Positions 1 to 12,544 of a DNA stretch of 64,000 nt are shown one piece after another. Position 1 is the first letter of the stretch, and each line of letters opens with the position of its first letter. Origin of the DNA: Mobula birostris (Eukaryota). The notes under the pieces are model-generated. The model saw nothing but the letters and a program-made list of their open reading frames with translations. It was not told the origin of the DNA and did not search any database. Position numbers and translations under genes: made by a program. Location: assembly GCF_030028105.1 (NCBI RefSeq), contig NC_092371.1, positions 167,584,031-167,648,030 of the forward strand, in the 5' to 3' direction.

Positions 1-128
1 AAATACTATCTTTCAGCAAGTTATTGAAAGCTATTCACAGTATTCCAGATGTGTCTTACTTGTGCCTTAAATCACTGAAGTAACACATCCTATTTACCTT
101 CCAATCCACTTTAAATAAGGCTCAACAA

Positions 129-457
129 GGTGGCACAGTAGTGCAGTTGTTAGCGCAATCTCTTTCTGGTTCCAACCATTAGAAGATCAGGTTCGATTCT
201 CACCACTGTCTGTAAGGAGTTTGTATCCTCTCCCCATGACTGCGTGGGTTTCCTCCAGATGATCCGCTTTCTTACCACATTCCAAAGACGTACAGGTTAG
301 GGTGAGTAAATTGTGAGCATGCTACGTTCGCACCATAAGCACGGCGACACTTGTGAGCTGCCTCCAGCACATACTCAGACTACGTTGGTCACTGCACAAA
401 CAACACATTTCGCTGTACGTTTCAATGTATATGTGACAAATTAAGCAAATCTCTTTA
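129..457 (+). mobile_element. tRNA-derived V-SINE (HE1-like); further copies or fragments at ~6487-6760, 11646-11905, 14095-14370(-), 20755-20970(-), 27940-28170, 59955-60155, 61725-62020(-)
   Basis: Box A-like TGGCACAGTAGTG and box B GGTTCGATTC, followed by a V-domain-like core (GTTTGTA..CTCCCC..TGCGTGGGTTTCCTCC..CCACATTCCAAAGAC) that recurs through the window. Confidence 0.8.
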
Positions 458-1496
458 ATTTAAAGACAAAACTGAAAGTATAAAAATATTTTTTAAAAAC
501 CGGTGAACTGATGGCACAACCAGTAACGAGTCTGACTGCAGAGAATGTGAATAGTAAATTAGGCTTGTTAGTTATCTCTGACCAACAGCCACGTGCCTCA
601 GCAAAGCGTGGGTAAAGGTAAGACAGCCATGTCCAATAAACAACATACGTCTAGGGTTGATATGATTCAGGTTCAACGCAAACAGGAAAGTCGGAATGTT
701 GCATTGAGGTAATGAAAGTGATGGTGAATGCTGTATAAATACTACCCCATACAAAAGTTATCATTCACCAGGACATAATGGAACCTACATTGGCATAAAC
801 TTAAAGTGTAAGTATATTTACAAATATTTCAACTTTAACAAACAGTTAACAGAAAAAGGGCCCATTACGGTTAAGAGTCTACAGTGTGCAGATAAACGTT
901 GGAGCTCATTGCTGGGTAAGTCATATGCTTCACTTTAATTACTCATGGTGCTGAACCCATGTTCTGCGTGAAAGGCACTAGCCATGATTCAAACTTTCCT
1001 CAAAGTCTGTTACAAACTAACTGGCTAACTCAGAAAATTTGGCGCTTCCTCCGTGGAAGCATCTGTCTGCACAAAGAATTTCTTACATCTGTGTCTGTCC
1101 TTCAGGCAAGGTTCTGCAAGCATATTCTTTCTGCACATCACTTCTCCCCAACTCCAGCCAAGACCCCAAAACCCAAATCTTCCTAGAAGTTGGATACTGC
1201 AAATCTCTCTCAATTGTTCTACAGTATCCCATTGGACAGAATATTATCAAGACAAACCCAATTGACTGATACAACATTCCTAAGCTAATCAAATTCTCAT
1301 TATCTTAACAGAAACAAAACACTAAAATTAACATAACAGACAAATCTTCAGAGAATCAAATATCCAACAGCAAAACTGTAGTAACACAATAAAACATGTT
1401 CTTAACTAGGGTACTAGATGAAGACCAGGAAGTTGAATCGGTATGGGAGGGCACACAATGAAGTAAGTCACAAGAAACAGCATCATTGCTGGAATT

Positions 1497-1968
1497 AATC
1501 ATAACACCATAAGACATGCACGAGTAGAATTAGGTCATTCAGTCCATCAACGCTGCTCCATCATTTCATCATGGCTGATTTATTGTCCCCCTCAGCCCCA
1601 TTCTCTTGCCTTCTTCTCATAAACTTTGAGCCCTTACTAATTAAGCAGCTATCAACTTCCATTTTAAGTATACCCAATAACTTAGCCTCCATGGTCATCT
1701 GTGGCACTGAATTCCACAGATTCACCACCCTCTGGTCAAAGAAATTCCTCCTCATCTCGTTCTAAAAAGACATACTTCTATTCTGAGGTTGTTCCATCTG
1801 GTCCTAGACTCACCCACTACAGGAAGCATCCTCACCTAGACTTCAAATAGGTTTCAATAAGAACCCTCTTCATACTCCTAAACTCCAGCAAGTACAGACC
1901 AGCAGAGATCAAATGCTCCTCATACGTTAACCCTTCATTCCTGGGATCAGTCTTGTGAATCTCCTCAA
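1497..1968 (-). mobile_element. CR1 LINE 3' fragment
   Basis: ORF 1561-1755 MRRNFFDQRVVNLWNSVPQ matches the CR1 ORF2 C-terminus; same 3' UTR as the copy at 25460-26268. Confidence 0.8.
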
Positions 1969-2719
1969 GAAATGAAAATACCTTGTAACAAAGGTAATAC
2001 AATATTTCCGAGCTGGGGAGGGGCTTTAAATTGCATGCAGATTGAGGAAATCAAACTGGCAAAAGCAGTTTACAGGATGAGTTCATAGAATGCAATCAGG
2101 ACAGTTTTCTGGAACAGCATGTCATAGGATCAGCCAGCAAATAGATAATCTTGCAAACACGAGGAAATCTGCAGTTGCTGGAAATTCCAGCAACGCACAC
2201 AAAATGCTGGTGGAACGCTGCAGGACAGGCAGCATCCATAATCTTATCCATAACCAAAATAGATAATCTTAGCTGCTCTTCTGTGTGATGAGACAGGATT
2301 AATTAATAATCTCATAGCAAAAGATCCTCTAGGGAAAAAATAATTACCGCAGAATTTTGCATGTATTTTGTCAGATACAGTTGAGTCAGAAATTATAATT
2401 TTGAACTTAAATAGAGCCAATTATGAGCATTAATGGATGGTTTGCAGAATTACAAAGGAAAATTAGCTCAATAAGGTTTGCCAGCAGATGAACTGTTCCC
2501 ACAGCCAATGGGCTCATTTTCAAGGACTCTTCATCTCATGCTCTTGCTATCTATTGCTTTTTTGTTTATCATTAATATTATTTTCTTATTGTAGCTGCAT
2601 AGTTCACTGTTTTTTGTACATTGTTTGCTCGTCCATCCTGTTGGGTACAGTCTTTCATTGATTCTATAGTGTTTCTTGTACTGACTGTGAATGCCTGTGA
2701 GAAAATGAATCTCAGGGGT

Positions 2720-3200
2720 GCTTCTCAGGCAGGGGTTGATGTGCTCAATCACCAACTTCTCAAAATATTTCATCACTGTAGATGTAAGTGCTACTGGACA
2801 ATAGTCATTGAGCTAGGTAACCAAAAGCACTGAAATAAGTGAAATGTGCTTGAAGCAGGTGGGTGCCTCAGACTGCTGGTGAGAGGTTAAAGATCTCAGT
2901 AAACACTCCAGACGGTTATCAGCAGAGGTCTTTAGTACTTGGCCAGGTCCCCCAGCTGGGCCAGATGTTTTCCAAGATTTCACCCACCTTAAGGATGTTC
3001 TTATGTTGGCCTCAGAGACTCAATCACAGGATCATCAGGGACTGTGGGAGTTCATGATCGCTCCTCCATGATTTGACAGTCAAAGCAAGCATAGAAAGCA
3101 TTCAGCTCATCTGGAAGCGAAGCCCTGTTGTCACTGATTTTACTTTAGAGGGGGGGGATAGCATTCAAGCCCTCCACAACTGTCAAGTCTCCTTCATTGA
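2720..3200 (-). mobile_element. Rex1/L2-type LINE RT fragment flanked by plus-strand LINE 3' tails (2490-2720, 3205-3513)
   Basis: MMKYFEKLVIEHI follows the YxPVALTS RT motif region; tails end in AATAAATTTACTTTGAA. Confidence 0.6.
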
Positions 3201-3600
3201 TTCAACCATCAGGGTCCTGAACTGGTGTGCTTAACTTCATCACTCACCACAACTCTGAACTGATTCTGTGATCTACAGACTCACTTTCAAGGTACTCTTT
3301 ACAACCCATGTTCTCAGTATTATTTTTTTTATTTGGACAGTTTGTCTTCTTTTGCACCTTGATTGTTTGTCAGTCTATTTATTTACGTTACTTTGTAGAT
3401 TCTGTTGTATTTCTTTATTTCCCTGTAAATGCCTGCAAAAAAATGAATCTGAAGGAAGTACATGGTAACATACTGTACTGCATGTATTTACTTTGATAAT
3501 AAATTTACTTTGAAGTAAGCTTCTCAGATCATTATAAGGACATCATTATAAAGAGACAGGTTGTTAGGGGTGCTAGGGCGTATTCTGGAATTAGGTTGTA

Positions 3601-5200
3601 CGGGTGTCCTCCGCTTTTCGAACGTTCGCTTTACGAAACCTCAGTTACGAAAGACCTACATTAGTTACTTGTTTTCGCTAACAGGTGTTTTCACTGTTAC
3701 GAAAAAAATCGGCGCGCGAAAAAAAGGCAGGACGCGCCCCGAGCAGCCACTCTCCCCCGGATTCAGAACGGCATTCTTGCCGGCATTGCTTAAACTGTGC
3801 CTGTGAGCAGCCGTTAGCAAGATGAGTTCTAAGGTATCGGAAAAGCCTAAAAGAACTCATAAAGGTGTTACACTTAGCGTAAAACTAGACATAATTAAGC
3901 GTTTTGATCGTGGTGAACGAAGTAAGGACAAAGTGAGTTTGGCTTGTGGAAGTTGACGAAGATGATGTTGAAGAGGTTTTGGCATCCCATGACCAAGAAC
4001 TGATAGATGAAGAGCTGATGCAATTGGAAGAGGAAAGGATAACAATCAAAACCGAATGCAGAAGTGAAAGTGAAGTCGTCCAGGAACTGAACGCGAGGCA
4101 ACTACGTGAGATTTTCGCTGCAATGATGAAGTACGACTTTAATTTTGAAAGGGTACGTCGGTTTAGGGCATATTTGCAGGATGGTTTGAGTGCTTACAAA
4201 GAACTGTATGATAGAAAAATGCGCGAGGCTAAGCAGTCAAGCAAGCCTTCCACATCAGCCACAGCAGACGATGAACCACGACCTTTGACATCGAGGCATA
4301 TAGAAGAAGATGACCTGCCTACCCTCATGGAAACAGACGACGAGATGACACCCCAGTGTCCCACCACCCCAAACCCCGGGCCACAGAGATACCAATCCAC
4401 GGAGAATGCAGCGGTAGCCGGGAGGCACCCAGCACATCTTTAAGAAAAAAAGCCGAAATAAACAAGCTAATTAATTAGGTGCCGCCCGGCATGTAAACGT
4501 CGGCCCAGATCAGAGACGATTGCCGATTGCGTCGCCTCTGATCTGAGCCAACATTTACATGCCGGGCGGCACCTAATTAATCAGCTTGTTTATTTCGGCT
4601 TTTTTCTTAAAGATGTGCTGGGTGCATCATGGCCACCATTGTACCATTGCATTCTTGGCAGATCGGTATCGGTCGGCAGTCTGGAGGGTGGGGGCCACTG
4701 CACCAGCCCAACCTGCGACGACTCACCCTAACACACCATCATCAGTGTACTCGGTGCTTTCCCAATTCCGGTAAGTGATACTACACTCTACATACATTAT
4801 TTCTACTTTATATCGGCTGTGTATTTTTACATGTCATTTGGTATGATTTAGCGGCTTCATAGCTTAAAGGTTACTGGAGAGCACTTGCGCCGTGTTTTTG
4901 CCGAGAGTGTTTGCGTGAGATTTTCCCTATGGAGAACAATGCAGGCAATTATTGTGGAAAAGAATTTCTACTTTATATAGGCTGTGTATTCATCATATCA
5001 TTCCTGCTTTTACTATATGTTACTGTTATTTTAGGTTTTATGTGTTATTTGACATGATTTGGTAGGTTATTTTTGGGTCTGCGAACGCTCACAAAATTTT
5101 CCCATATAAATAAATGGTAATTGCTTCTTCGCTTTACGACATTCCGGCTTACGAACCATTTCATAGGAATGCTCTACCTTTGGATGGTAGGGGAAACCTG
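3601..5200 (+). mobile_element. Tigger/pogo-like DNA transposon, internally deleted
   Basis: TA on both sides; TIRs C(G)GGTGTCCTCCG / GGGGAAACCTG; N-terminal HTH remnant KLDIIKRFDRGERSKD joined to the acidic C-terminal tail EVDEDDVEEVLASHDQELIDEELMQLEE (ORF 3946-4443). Confidence 0.85.
4354..4700. mobile_element. hAT-like palindromic MITE nested in the Tigger element
   Basis: Ends CAGTGTCCCACC / GGTGGGGGCCACTG; near-perfect ~200-bp palindrome at 4425-4625; its left arm recurs at ~53248-53420. Confidence 0.65.
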
Positions 5201-5754
5201 TATAGCAAAATATTAACTTCAGTAACCAATCTTTAGACTTGAATGTGGATTGCAGATTAACTTTAAAAAGCAACCATGAACAAAAGGTTCCTCGAGCTGT
5301 GGACAGTAGGTAAATGAAAAATCAAATAATGTGGATTAACATTCATTTTGGGTGTCTGGAAAGTGGGTGTGAAAATCATATGTAACTCAAAGGAAGCATT
5401 GTAGTTACATTGTAAATATAGAATTGCCCTTTGGTCTTTAGCATATAAAATTTCATGTAATATCAGGTCAAACAGGCCTCTTCCTCCAGAGTATACCTCA
5501 TGTTGTTGAATAAAAAACTACTTCTTTATCTATCAGCTGCATCTCTCTAGTGACTTTATTCATGTTACAACAAGAGGCAGACAGTGGTGAGAGAAAGTAT
5601 TGTGTTTACATTGGAAAATACAGAGCACTTTTCAATTACAGATCATAAGAAAGAAATTGAAAAGGTCCAATTTAGAAACTTGTCCATAAATTACATTCTA
5701 TTCAAAAGAAATCTGGCTGCTGAAATACAAATGTCAGAGGACCTTCAAAAGGCA

Positions 5755-6215
5755 TGAACATTGATTTCCCTGACCTTCACTGATTTCTTCCTCCCACCCC
5801 TTGTCTCTTTTTCCACTCTGCATTCAGGCTGGCCTCTTACTCCTTTCTATTCTCCTCACCTTTCCATCACCTCCCTCTAGTGCCCCTCATGCTTCCCTTT
5901 TTCTCATGACCCACTCTTTCTCCACTATCAGATACTTTCTTCTTCAGCCTGTTACCTCTTCAGTTTCTCACCATCCATCCCAACTCCCTTTCTCCTTACC
6001 TGATTTCATTTATCATCTCGCAGCTTTTACTTCTCCCCTTCCCCTGCCTTCTTATTCTGGCTTCTTCCCTCTTCCTTTCCAGTCCTGAAGAAGGGTTACA
6101 GCCTGAAACATCAACTGTTTAGTCCCCTCCATAGATACTGTCTGACCTGCTGAGTTCCTCCTTCTTTTTGTGTTTGTTGCTCTGGATTTCCAGAATCTGC
6201 AGAATGTCGTGTTTA
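5755..6215 (+). mobile_element. Penelope-like element 3' end / pseudo-LTR
   Basis: GGCATGAACATTGATTTC (GMNIDF end of the Penelope ORF), a pyrimidine-rich tract, and the CTGCTGAGTTCCTCC...GATTTCCAG.ATCTGCAG repeat seen more than 10 times in the window. Confidence 0.75.
6080..6117 (+). ncRNA. Degenerate minimal type I hammerhead ribozyme (Penelope-associated)
   Basis: CAGTC-CTGAAGA-AGGGTTACAGCCT-GAAAC-ATC-AACTG: CUGANGA and GAAA cores, stem II AGG/CCT, stem I CAGT/ACTG. Confidence 0.6.
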
Positions 6216-6761
6216 AGACACACAGCCATCTTTGTTAAAGAATTTTTTGCTGGAATGAACAATGATAGCCTCCAGCATGAGGACCAATTCTCGAAATTAG
6301 TCACAGATGTGCATGTCTCACTATCACAATGTGCTGATGAGATTACTGAAGGAGTGTTAACTGCATGATTTAGAGTGTTTTGGACAGGTATATATTGAGC
6401 AACAGATGTTAAATTTAATCTGCTATGACTTGTTCTGGGGAAAGATATAAGAAATGTACATCAAAGGAATAAATTGAGTGCTACAATGGTGTAGCAGTTA
6501 GCACAACACTACTACAGCATGGGGCGATCCAAAATTCAGAGTATAAATCTGGTGCCATCCGCAAGCAGTTTGTACGTTCTCCCTTTGAACTGTGTGGGTT
6601 TCCTCTGGGTGTTCTGGTTTTCTCTCTCAGTCCAAAGATATTCCGGCTTGCAAGTTAATTGATCATTGTAAGTTGTCCTGTGATTAAGCTAGGGTTGAAT
6701 TGGTAGGTTGCTGGGTAGTGCAGCTCGTTGGGCCGGAAGGGCCTATTCCACACTGTACTTA

Positions 6762-7181
6762 TCAGCACCAGCGGATTATTGGCACCCAATTGCCCACCAT
6801 TGAGAACATTTACCATAAATGCTGCCTGGGCAGGGCGAAGAGCATTATCAAGGATGCATCTCACCCTAACCATGGAATTTTCACTCTCCTCCCAGTCAGT
6901 AGGCGCTACAGGAACCTCTGCTCCTGCACCAGCAGGCACAGGAAGAGCTTCTTCCCTGAGGATGTGACCCTGCTGAACCTCACATCACAGCGCTAAGCAG
7001 TATTGCACCCATATTGTACTGTCTCAGTACTTATATATTTGTGTGCTGTAGCACTTACTTTTTATTCGCAGTTATTTTGTAAATAACACTATTCTTTGTA
7101 TTTCTGGTTAGATGCTAACTGAATTTCATTGGCTTTGTATCTGTACTCGGCACAATGACAATAAAGTTGAATCTAATCTAT
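6762..7181 (+). mobile_element. Rex1-type LINE 3' fragment
   Basis: QRIIGTQLPTIENIY..RAKSIIKDASHPNH..RHRKSFFP; ends AATAAAGTTGAATCTAATCTA. Confidence 0.75.
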
Positions 7182-7884
7182 TTCAAAAAAAAGAACAATT
7201 GGACTTTTTTTAAAAAAAGAAAAACAGAAAATGTTGATGAAATCTTTTGTAAAAAAAAATACATGTCCATGGGAAGTTTCGTTTCTTTTGTATGCTGCTT
7301 ATCTCTGTCCACTGACGAAATTTGCTCTTCTAAAATTAGTATGTTTCCCACTCTTTATTTCAGTGCTGAGTTTGTAAATCTTTTGCAGTGTGAAGGATTA
7401 AAAAGTATGAATTTAAGATCATTCCCACCATAAAGATTCAGGAGATATTTTTGAACAGAGAGACATCACAACATTGGAATCAGCAATGGAAGATGAATGC
7501 ACAATAGATTTTAAAAGCGAGTGGATAAGGCACAGAACAGTAAGCACAGGAACAGGCCCTTTGACCCACAATGTTGTGCTGAACCAAATAATAACCAAAT
7601 GTCTAACAGACTAACCTCTTCTGCCCACAGTGTCCCTACCCTCCATTTTTTTCCAAATGTATGTGCCTATCTATATGTTTCTTAAAAGTCCCTAACGTAT
7701 GTGCCTCTGCTACCACCCCAGACAACACAGTCTAGCCACCCACCACATTGTGTAAAACCTTGCTCTCACATTTCCTTTGAAATGACCCCTTCTCATTTTA
7801 AAAGCATGCCCTCTGATGTTAGACATTTTAACTTTTGGAAAAAGATGCTGTCAGGCTATCTACGCTTCTCATATTCTTATAAAC

Positions 7885-8654
7885 CAGCGGTCCCCAACCA
7901 CTGGGCCGCAAAGCATGTGCTACCAGGCCGCAAGGAAATGATAGGAGTCAGCTGCACCTTTCCTCATTCCCTGTCACGCACCGTTGAACTTGAACATAGG
8001 GTTGCCAACTGTCTTATATTTGCCAGGACATCCCGTATATTGGGCTAAATTGGTTTGTCCCATACGGGACCGCCCTTGTCCTGTATTTCCCCCGCTAATT
8101 TACAGCGTTCCTATTAAACCTTTCATGCCGAAATGGCGTAAAGCGCAGAAGCAATTACCATTAATTTATATGGGAAAAATTTTTGAGCATTCCCAGACCC
8201 AAAAAATAACTTACTAAATCATACCAAATACCACATAAAACCTAAAATAACACTAACATATAGTAAAAGCAGAAATGAATGATAAATACACAGCCTATAT
8301 AAAGTAGAAATAATGTATGTACAGTGTAGTTTCACTGAACAGAATCGCCCAAAACCGATTTGTGGAAAAAATATTGGCACGTACGCGCATGCGTACATCA
8401 CGCATGAGAACACAGGTGCCCGCGCAAGGCTTCATGGTCATGGTATATCTTTCTCAGGGTAAACACAAGTGTCCCGGGATTTGACTGCTACTTTTGTCCC
8501 TTATTTGGGAGTGAGAAAGTTGGCAACTCTAACTGTAAAAGACATGTTGAGGTGAGTTTAACCCTACTTGAACCCCCACCCCCGGTCAGGCGGTCCGCAA
8601 GAATATTGTCAATATTAAACCGGTCCGTGGTGCAAAAAAGGTTGGGGACTCCTG
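7885..8654 (+). mobile_element. Non-autonomous hAT (Charlie-like) composite element
   Basis: TIRs CAGCGGTCCCCAACC / GGTTGGGGACTCCTG; perfect 8-bp TSD TTATAAAC (7877-7884, 8655-8662). Confidence 0.9.
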
Positions 8655-8756
8655 TTATAAACCTCTATCTGATCTCCGCTCAGCCTCCACTGCTCCAAAG
8701 AAAACAACCCAAATTTGTTCAACCTCTCATTACAGCATATGTCCTTTAATCTAGGC

Positions 8757-9941
8757 CAGGGGTCCCCAACCTTTTATGCGCTGTGGACCGGTTTAACATT
8801 GACAGTATTCTTGCGGACCAGCCGACCCGGGGGGGGGGGGGGGGGGGGGGCGGTGTAGGGTTGCCAACGGACAAGAGTAGCAGTCAAAGAAAGACTACAA
8901 TGACCATGAAGCCCTGTGCGGGCACCAGTGTGCATGCATGTACCTGCCGATATTATTCTCTGCAAAGCGTTTTTGGCGATTCTGTTCCGGGGGGGGGGGG
9001 GGGGCGCGGGTGTTCATCACGACCGGAATATTGGTAATAAGGGGCTAATACACTCAATTTCGTTTCGAAAAGGGTTTATCTAACGAATTTAATATTAAAC
9101 ACACAGCGCATATTTTCCTCGCATGAATATAGTGATGAGTCAATCATCAGGGGAGGACGGGGAGCTTGAAGTGTTGAAAGAACTTCCAGTAGAAGTGGTA
9201 GAGGCAGGTTCGATATTATTTAAAGAAAAATTGGGTAGGTATATGGACAGGAAAGGAATGGAGGGGTATGGGCTGAGTGCAGGTCAGTGGGACTAGGTGA
9301 GAGTAACTTTCGGCACGGAGTAGAAGGGCCGAGATCACCTATTTCTGTGCTGTAATTGTTATATGGTTATGTAAGTCACTTATCAGTCAATAGCATCATA
9401 ACATTTTAAGTAACGTTTGGATATTAAACATACAGCGCATATTTTCCCCGTATGAACATATAAAATCATTGCAACACACCAGTATCACTGAATCAGTGGC
9501 AGCCCTGGGCTTGTTTCCCTGCAACAAGACGGTCCTATCGAGGGGTGATGGGAGACAGCGATACTCGAAGGAGGTTCCTTATGTCCAGTCTATTTAGTTT
9601 TCGTCGCATTCATTGCAGAGATATGTTGGAAATGGAAGCAACGTTTTCAGTTCTTTTGTGGCTATCTCAGGATATTTAGCCTTGACTTTGATCCAGAATG
9701 CCGGCAGAGATGTTATGTCAAACATACTTTTCAGCCCGCCGTCATTTACAAGCTCGAGGAGTTGATCTTCTTCCCGCGCTGACATGGATGACGTGTGGTT
9801 AATGACCTCGCGTGTGTTCAGGCTCAACAGTGGGCGTGACAGGGAATGAGGAAAGGTGCAGCTGACTCATATCGCCAAATCATATCGTTTCCTCGCGGCC
9901 CGGTAGCAAATGCTCTGCGGCCCGGGGGTTGGGGACCGCTG
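8757..9941 (-). mobile_element. hAT (Charlie/Buster-like) element with a transposase C-terminal remnant
   Basis: TIRs CAGGGGTCCCCAACC / GGTTGGGGACCGCTG; 8-bp TSD ATCTAGGC; ORF 9594-9827 SLPAFWIKVKAKYPEIATKELKTLLPFPTYLC is a hAT dimerisation domain. Confidence 0.9.
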
Positions 9942-10473
9942 ATCTAGGCTACATCCTGGTGAACCTCTTTGCACCCTCTCCAAACACTCGACATCCTTCT
10001 TATATTGGGGTGACCAGAACTGTATGCAATACTCTATTTAGGCTGCATCTGGAGTAATAAAGCTGCAACATAACCTCCTGACTTTTGAACTGGACTGGAT
10101 AAAATAGTTAAAATTAACAAGGGAATATGACTAAATGCATTATCTTTTAAATAATTGCTGAGCAAGTATTATAGGTCATACATTCTCCTGGTGAAAGTTC
10201 TATCATTGTCCTTTCATGAACATAAATAGCCCTCCAGTATCTTGTTAAAATCTCAATGTTTTTTTTTGGTGTAAACCACAACAGAAGCAAATTCTGCACA
10301 CAGCAATCACACACAAACATATCAACCAGATGGCAATCAATCAAACCCTAGAAAACCTCACTCTCTCTCTTCAATGATTCTGTACTCTTACAAACACCAC
10401 AAGAGTTCAACAAGAAGGAAGCTGCATAAAAGGAGGAAAGAAGTGAGTGAAAGGAATGAAAGAACACAAAATA

Positions 10474-11178
10474 AGAATCAGAATCAGGTTTATTATCACT
10501 GGCATGTGACGTGAAATTTGTTAACTTAGCAGCAGCAGTTCAATACCTAATATAGAAGAGAAAAAAATAAAAATAATGATAAGTAAATCAATTACAAAAT
10601 ACATATATTGAATAGACATGCCAAATCTCTTCAATCTCCTAATAAAGTATAGCTGCTGTCGTGCCTTCTTTATAACTACATCAATATGTTGGGACTAGGT
10701 TAGATCCTCAGAGATCTTGACACCCAGGAACTTGAAGCTGCTCACTCTCTCCACTTCTGATCCCTCTATGAGGATTGGTATGTGTTCCTTTGTCTTACCC
10801 TTCCTGAAGTCCACAATCACCTCTTTTGTCTTACTGACGTTGAGTGCAAGGTTGTTGCTACGGCACCACTCCACTAGTTGGCATAGCTCACTCCTGTACG
10901 CCCTCTAGTCACCACCTGAGATTCTACCAGCAATGGTTGTATCATCAGCAAATTTATGAATGGTGTTTGGGCTATCCCTAGCCACACAGTCATATGTATG
11001 TAGAGTAGAGCAGTGGGCTAAGCACACAGCCCTAAGGTGCGCCAGTGTTGATCTTCAGTGAGGAGGATATGTTATCACCAATCTGCACAGATTGTGGTCT
11101 TCCGGTTAGGAAGTCAAGGATCCAATTGCAGAGGGAGGTACAGAAGCCCAGGTTCTGCAACTTCTCAATCAGGATTGT
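10474..11178 (-). mobile_element. Rex1-type LINE 3' fragment with RT remnant
   Basis: Minus strand reads KFADDTTIAG..LNVSKTKEVIVDFRK; (GATTCT)n tail after AATAAA. Confidence 0.75.
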
Positions 11179-12392
11179 AATCAGAATAAGAATATGACAA
11201 CAAACTCAACACGGACATAAAGAGTGGGAGACATACTAATTGAATGAGAGCAAATTTTATCAGTGAACAGATCAAGCAGCATACAAAAGAAATGAAACTT
11301 TCCATGGGTACATATTGCTTTGGAATCCAGTCATTAATGGAAAGAATCCCCAACACCACAACCACCACAATACAGCCTGTTGCTCTCCATTCAAGTTGTG
11401 CTCACAATGCCGAAAAAGAAAATAACCCAATCTTATGCCTGAATAAGAGCTAACAGGAAGCACATATAATAAAACTATTATAATACAAGCTGAAACTGCA
11501 AAAGGGAAATCAGGGTAGATTAGATGAAAATGGGACATTACAGAACAGCACAGCACAGGAACAGGCCTTCAGTCCACAATGTCTGTGTTGACCATGATCC
11601 CAATTAAATATAATCCCACCCACCTGCACGTAGGCTATACCTCGGGGTTGGCATGGTAATATAGTGGTTAGTGTAACACTATTACACTGCCCTGCCAGCA
11701 ACCTGCTTTCAATTCCCGCCACTGTCTGTACTGTCGTACGTTCTCCCCGTGACCTGCATGGGTTTTCTGCAGGTGCTCTAGTTTCCTCCCACATTTCAAA
11801 GCTGTACAATTTAGTAGGTTAATTGGACTCAGGGGTATAATTGTATGGTGCAGACTCAATGGGGCAGAAAGGTTTATTACTGCGCTATAGCTCAAAATAA
11901 AAAAAGTAAACAAATCCCTCAATTCTCTGACTGTCTAAATGCTTCTCTTTCCAGTAACTATTTAATTAAATTGTCAACTTCTACACCCCTCCCCCTTCAG
12001 TGAACCTTCAACAGCTACAACACAAAATCTACAACTCAATTTACCTTTAAATTCTCATCAAACTTGGACAATCAATGGTTAATCCCCTGACACAACAATC
12101 ATCAAAATTCATTACAGTCATAACGCATTAACTGCATATTAACAAATTCGTTGTTCATATACAATAAACCCGACATGTGGCAACATTTACAGGATTTTTA
12201 ATCTCCTGGTTATTTTAATATTGGCTTGCAAAATAATCAGCTTGGAAGGGAGATGGGACATAACGTTGTATAAACAAGATCAAAACCTTGACTTTGATAG
12301 ACACTAAAAAATGGAATATAACAGTTAAAACGAACAAAAAAATCCACATGCTTTATCTTTATTTACAGTTCAGACTTGTATTTCAAGGTCAC

Positions 12393-12544
12393 GATATAAC
12401 TTTTGTGATTCATTGAATGAATTTGAAAAACCGACTATAAAGACTAAAGTAAGTTAAATTAGAAGGAACTTTATAGTTGCTTCTCCCTATTTTCCATTTT
12501 GTAGTCATTTTTTAATTCATTCAATGAATCACAAAAGCTGTATC
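12393..12544. repeat. ~48-bp inverted repeat
   Basis: GATATAACTTTTGTGATTCATTGAATGAATTTGAAAAACCGACTATAAA (12393-12441) versus its reverse complement at 12497-12544. Confidence 0.8.

Larger units (their letters stand above)
7530..10090 (-). mobile_element. Old CR1 LINE 3' portion interrupted by two hAT elements
   Basis: CR1-like sequence (ACAGGCCCTTTGACCCAC..., CTCCAAAGAAAACAACCC, GGTGACCAGAACTGTATGCAATACTC) resumes across both insertions. Confidence 0.65.

Noticed and set aside
3946-4443. 165-aa acidic ORF as a host gene
   Set aside because: Tigger transposase C-terminal remnant inside TIRs, running into a nested MITE
8828-9004. Poly-G runs as functional G-quadruplexes
   Set aside because: Homopolymers internal to a hAT element; length unreliable in assemblies
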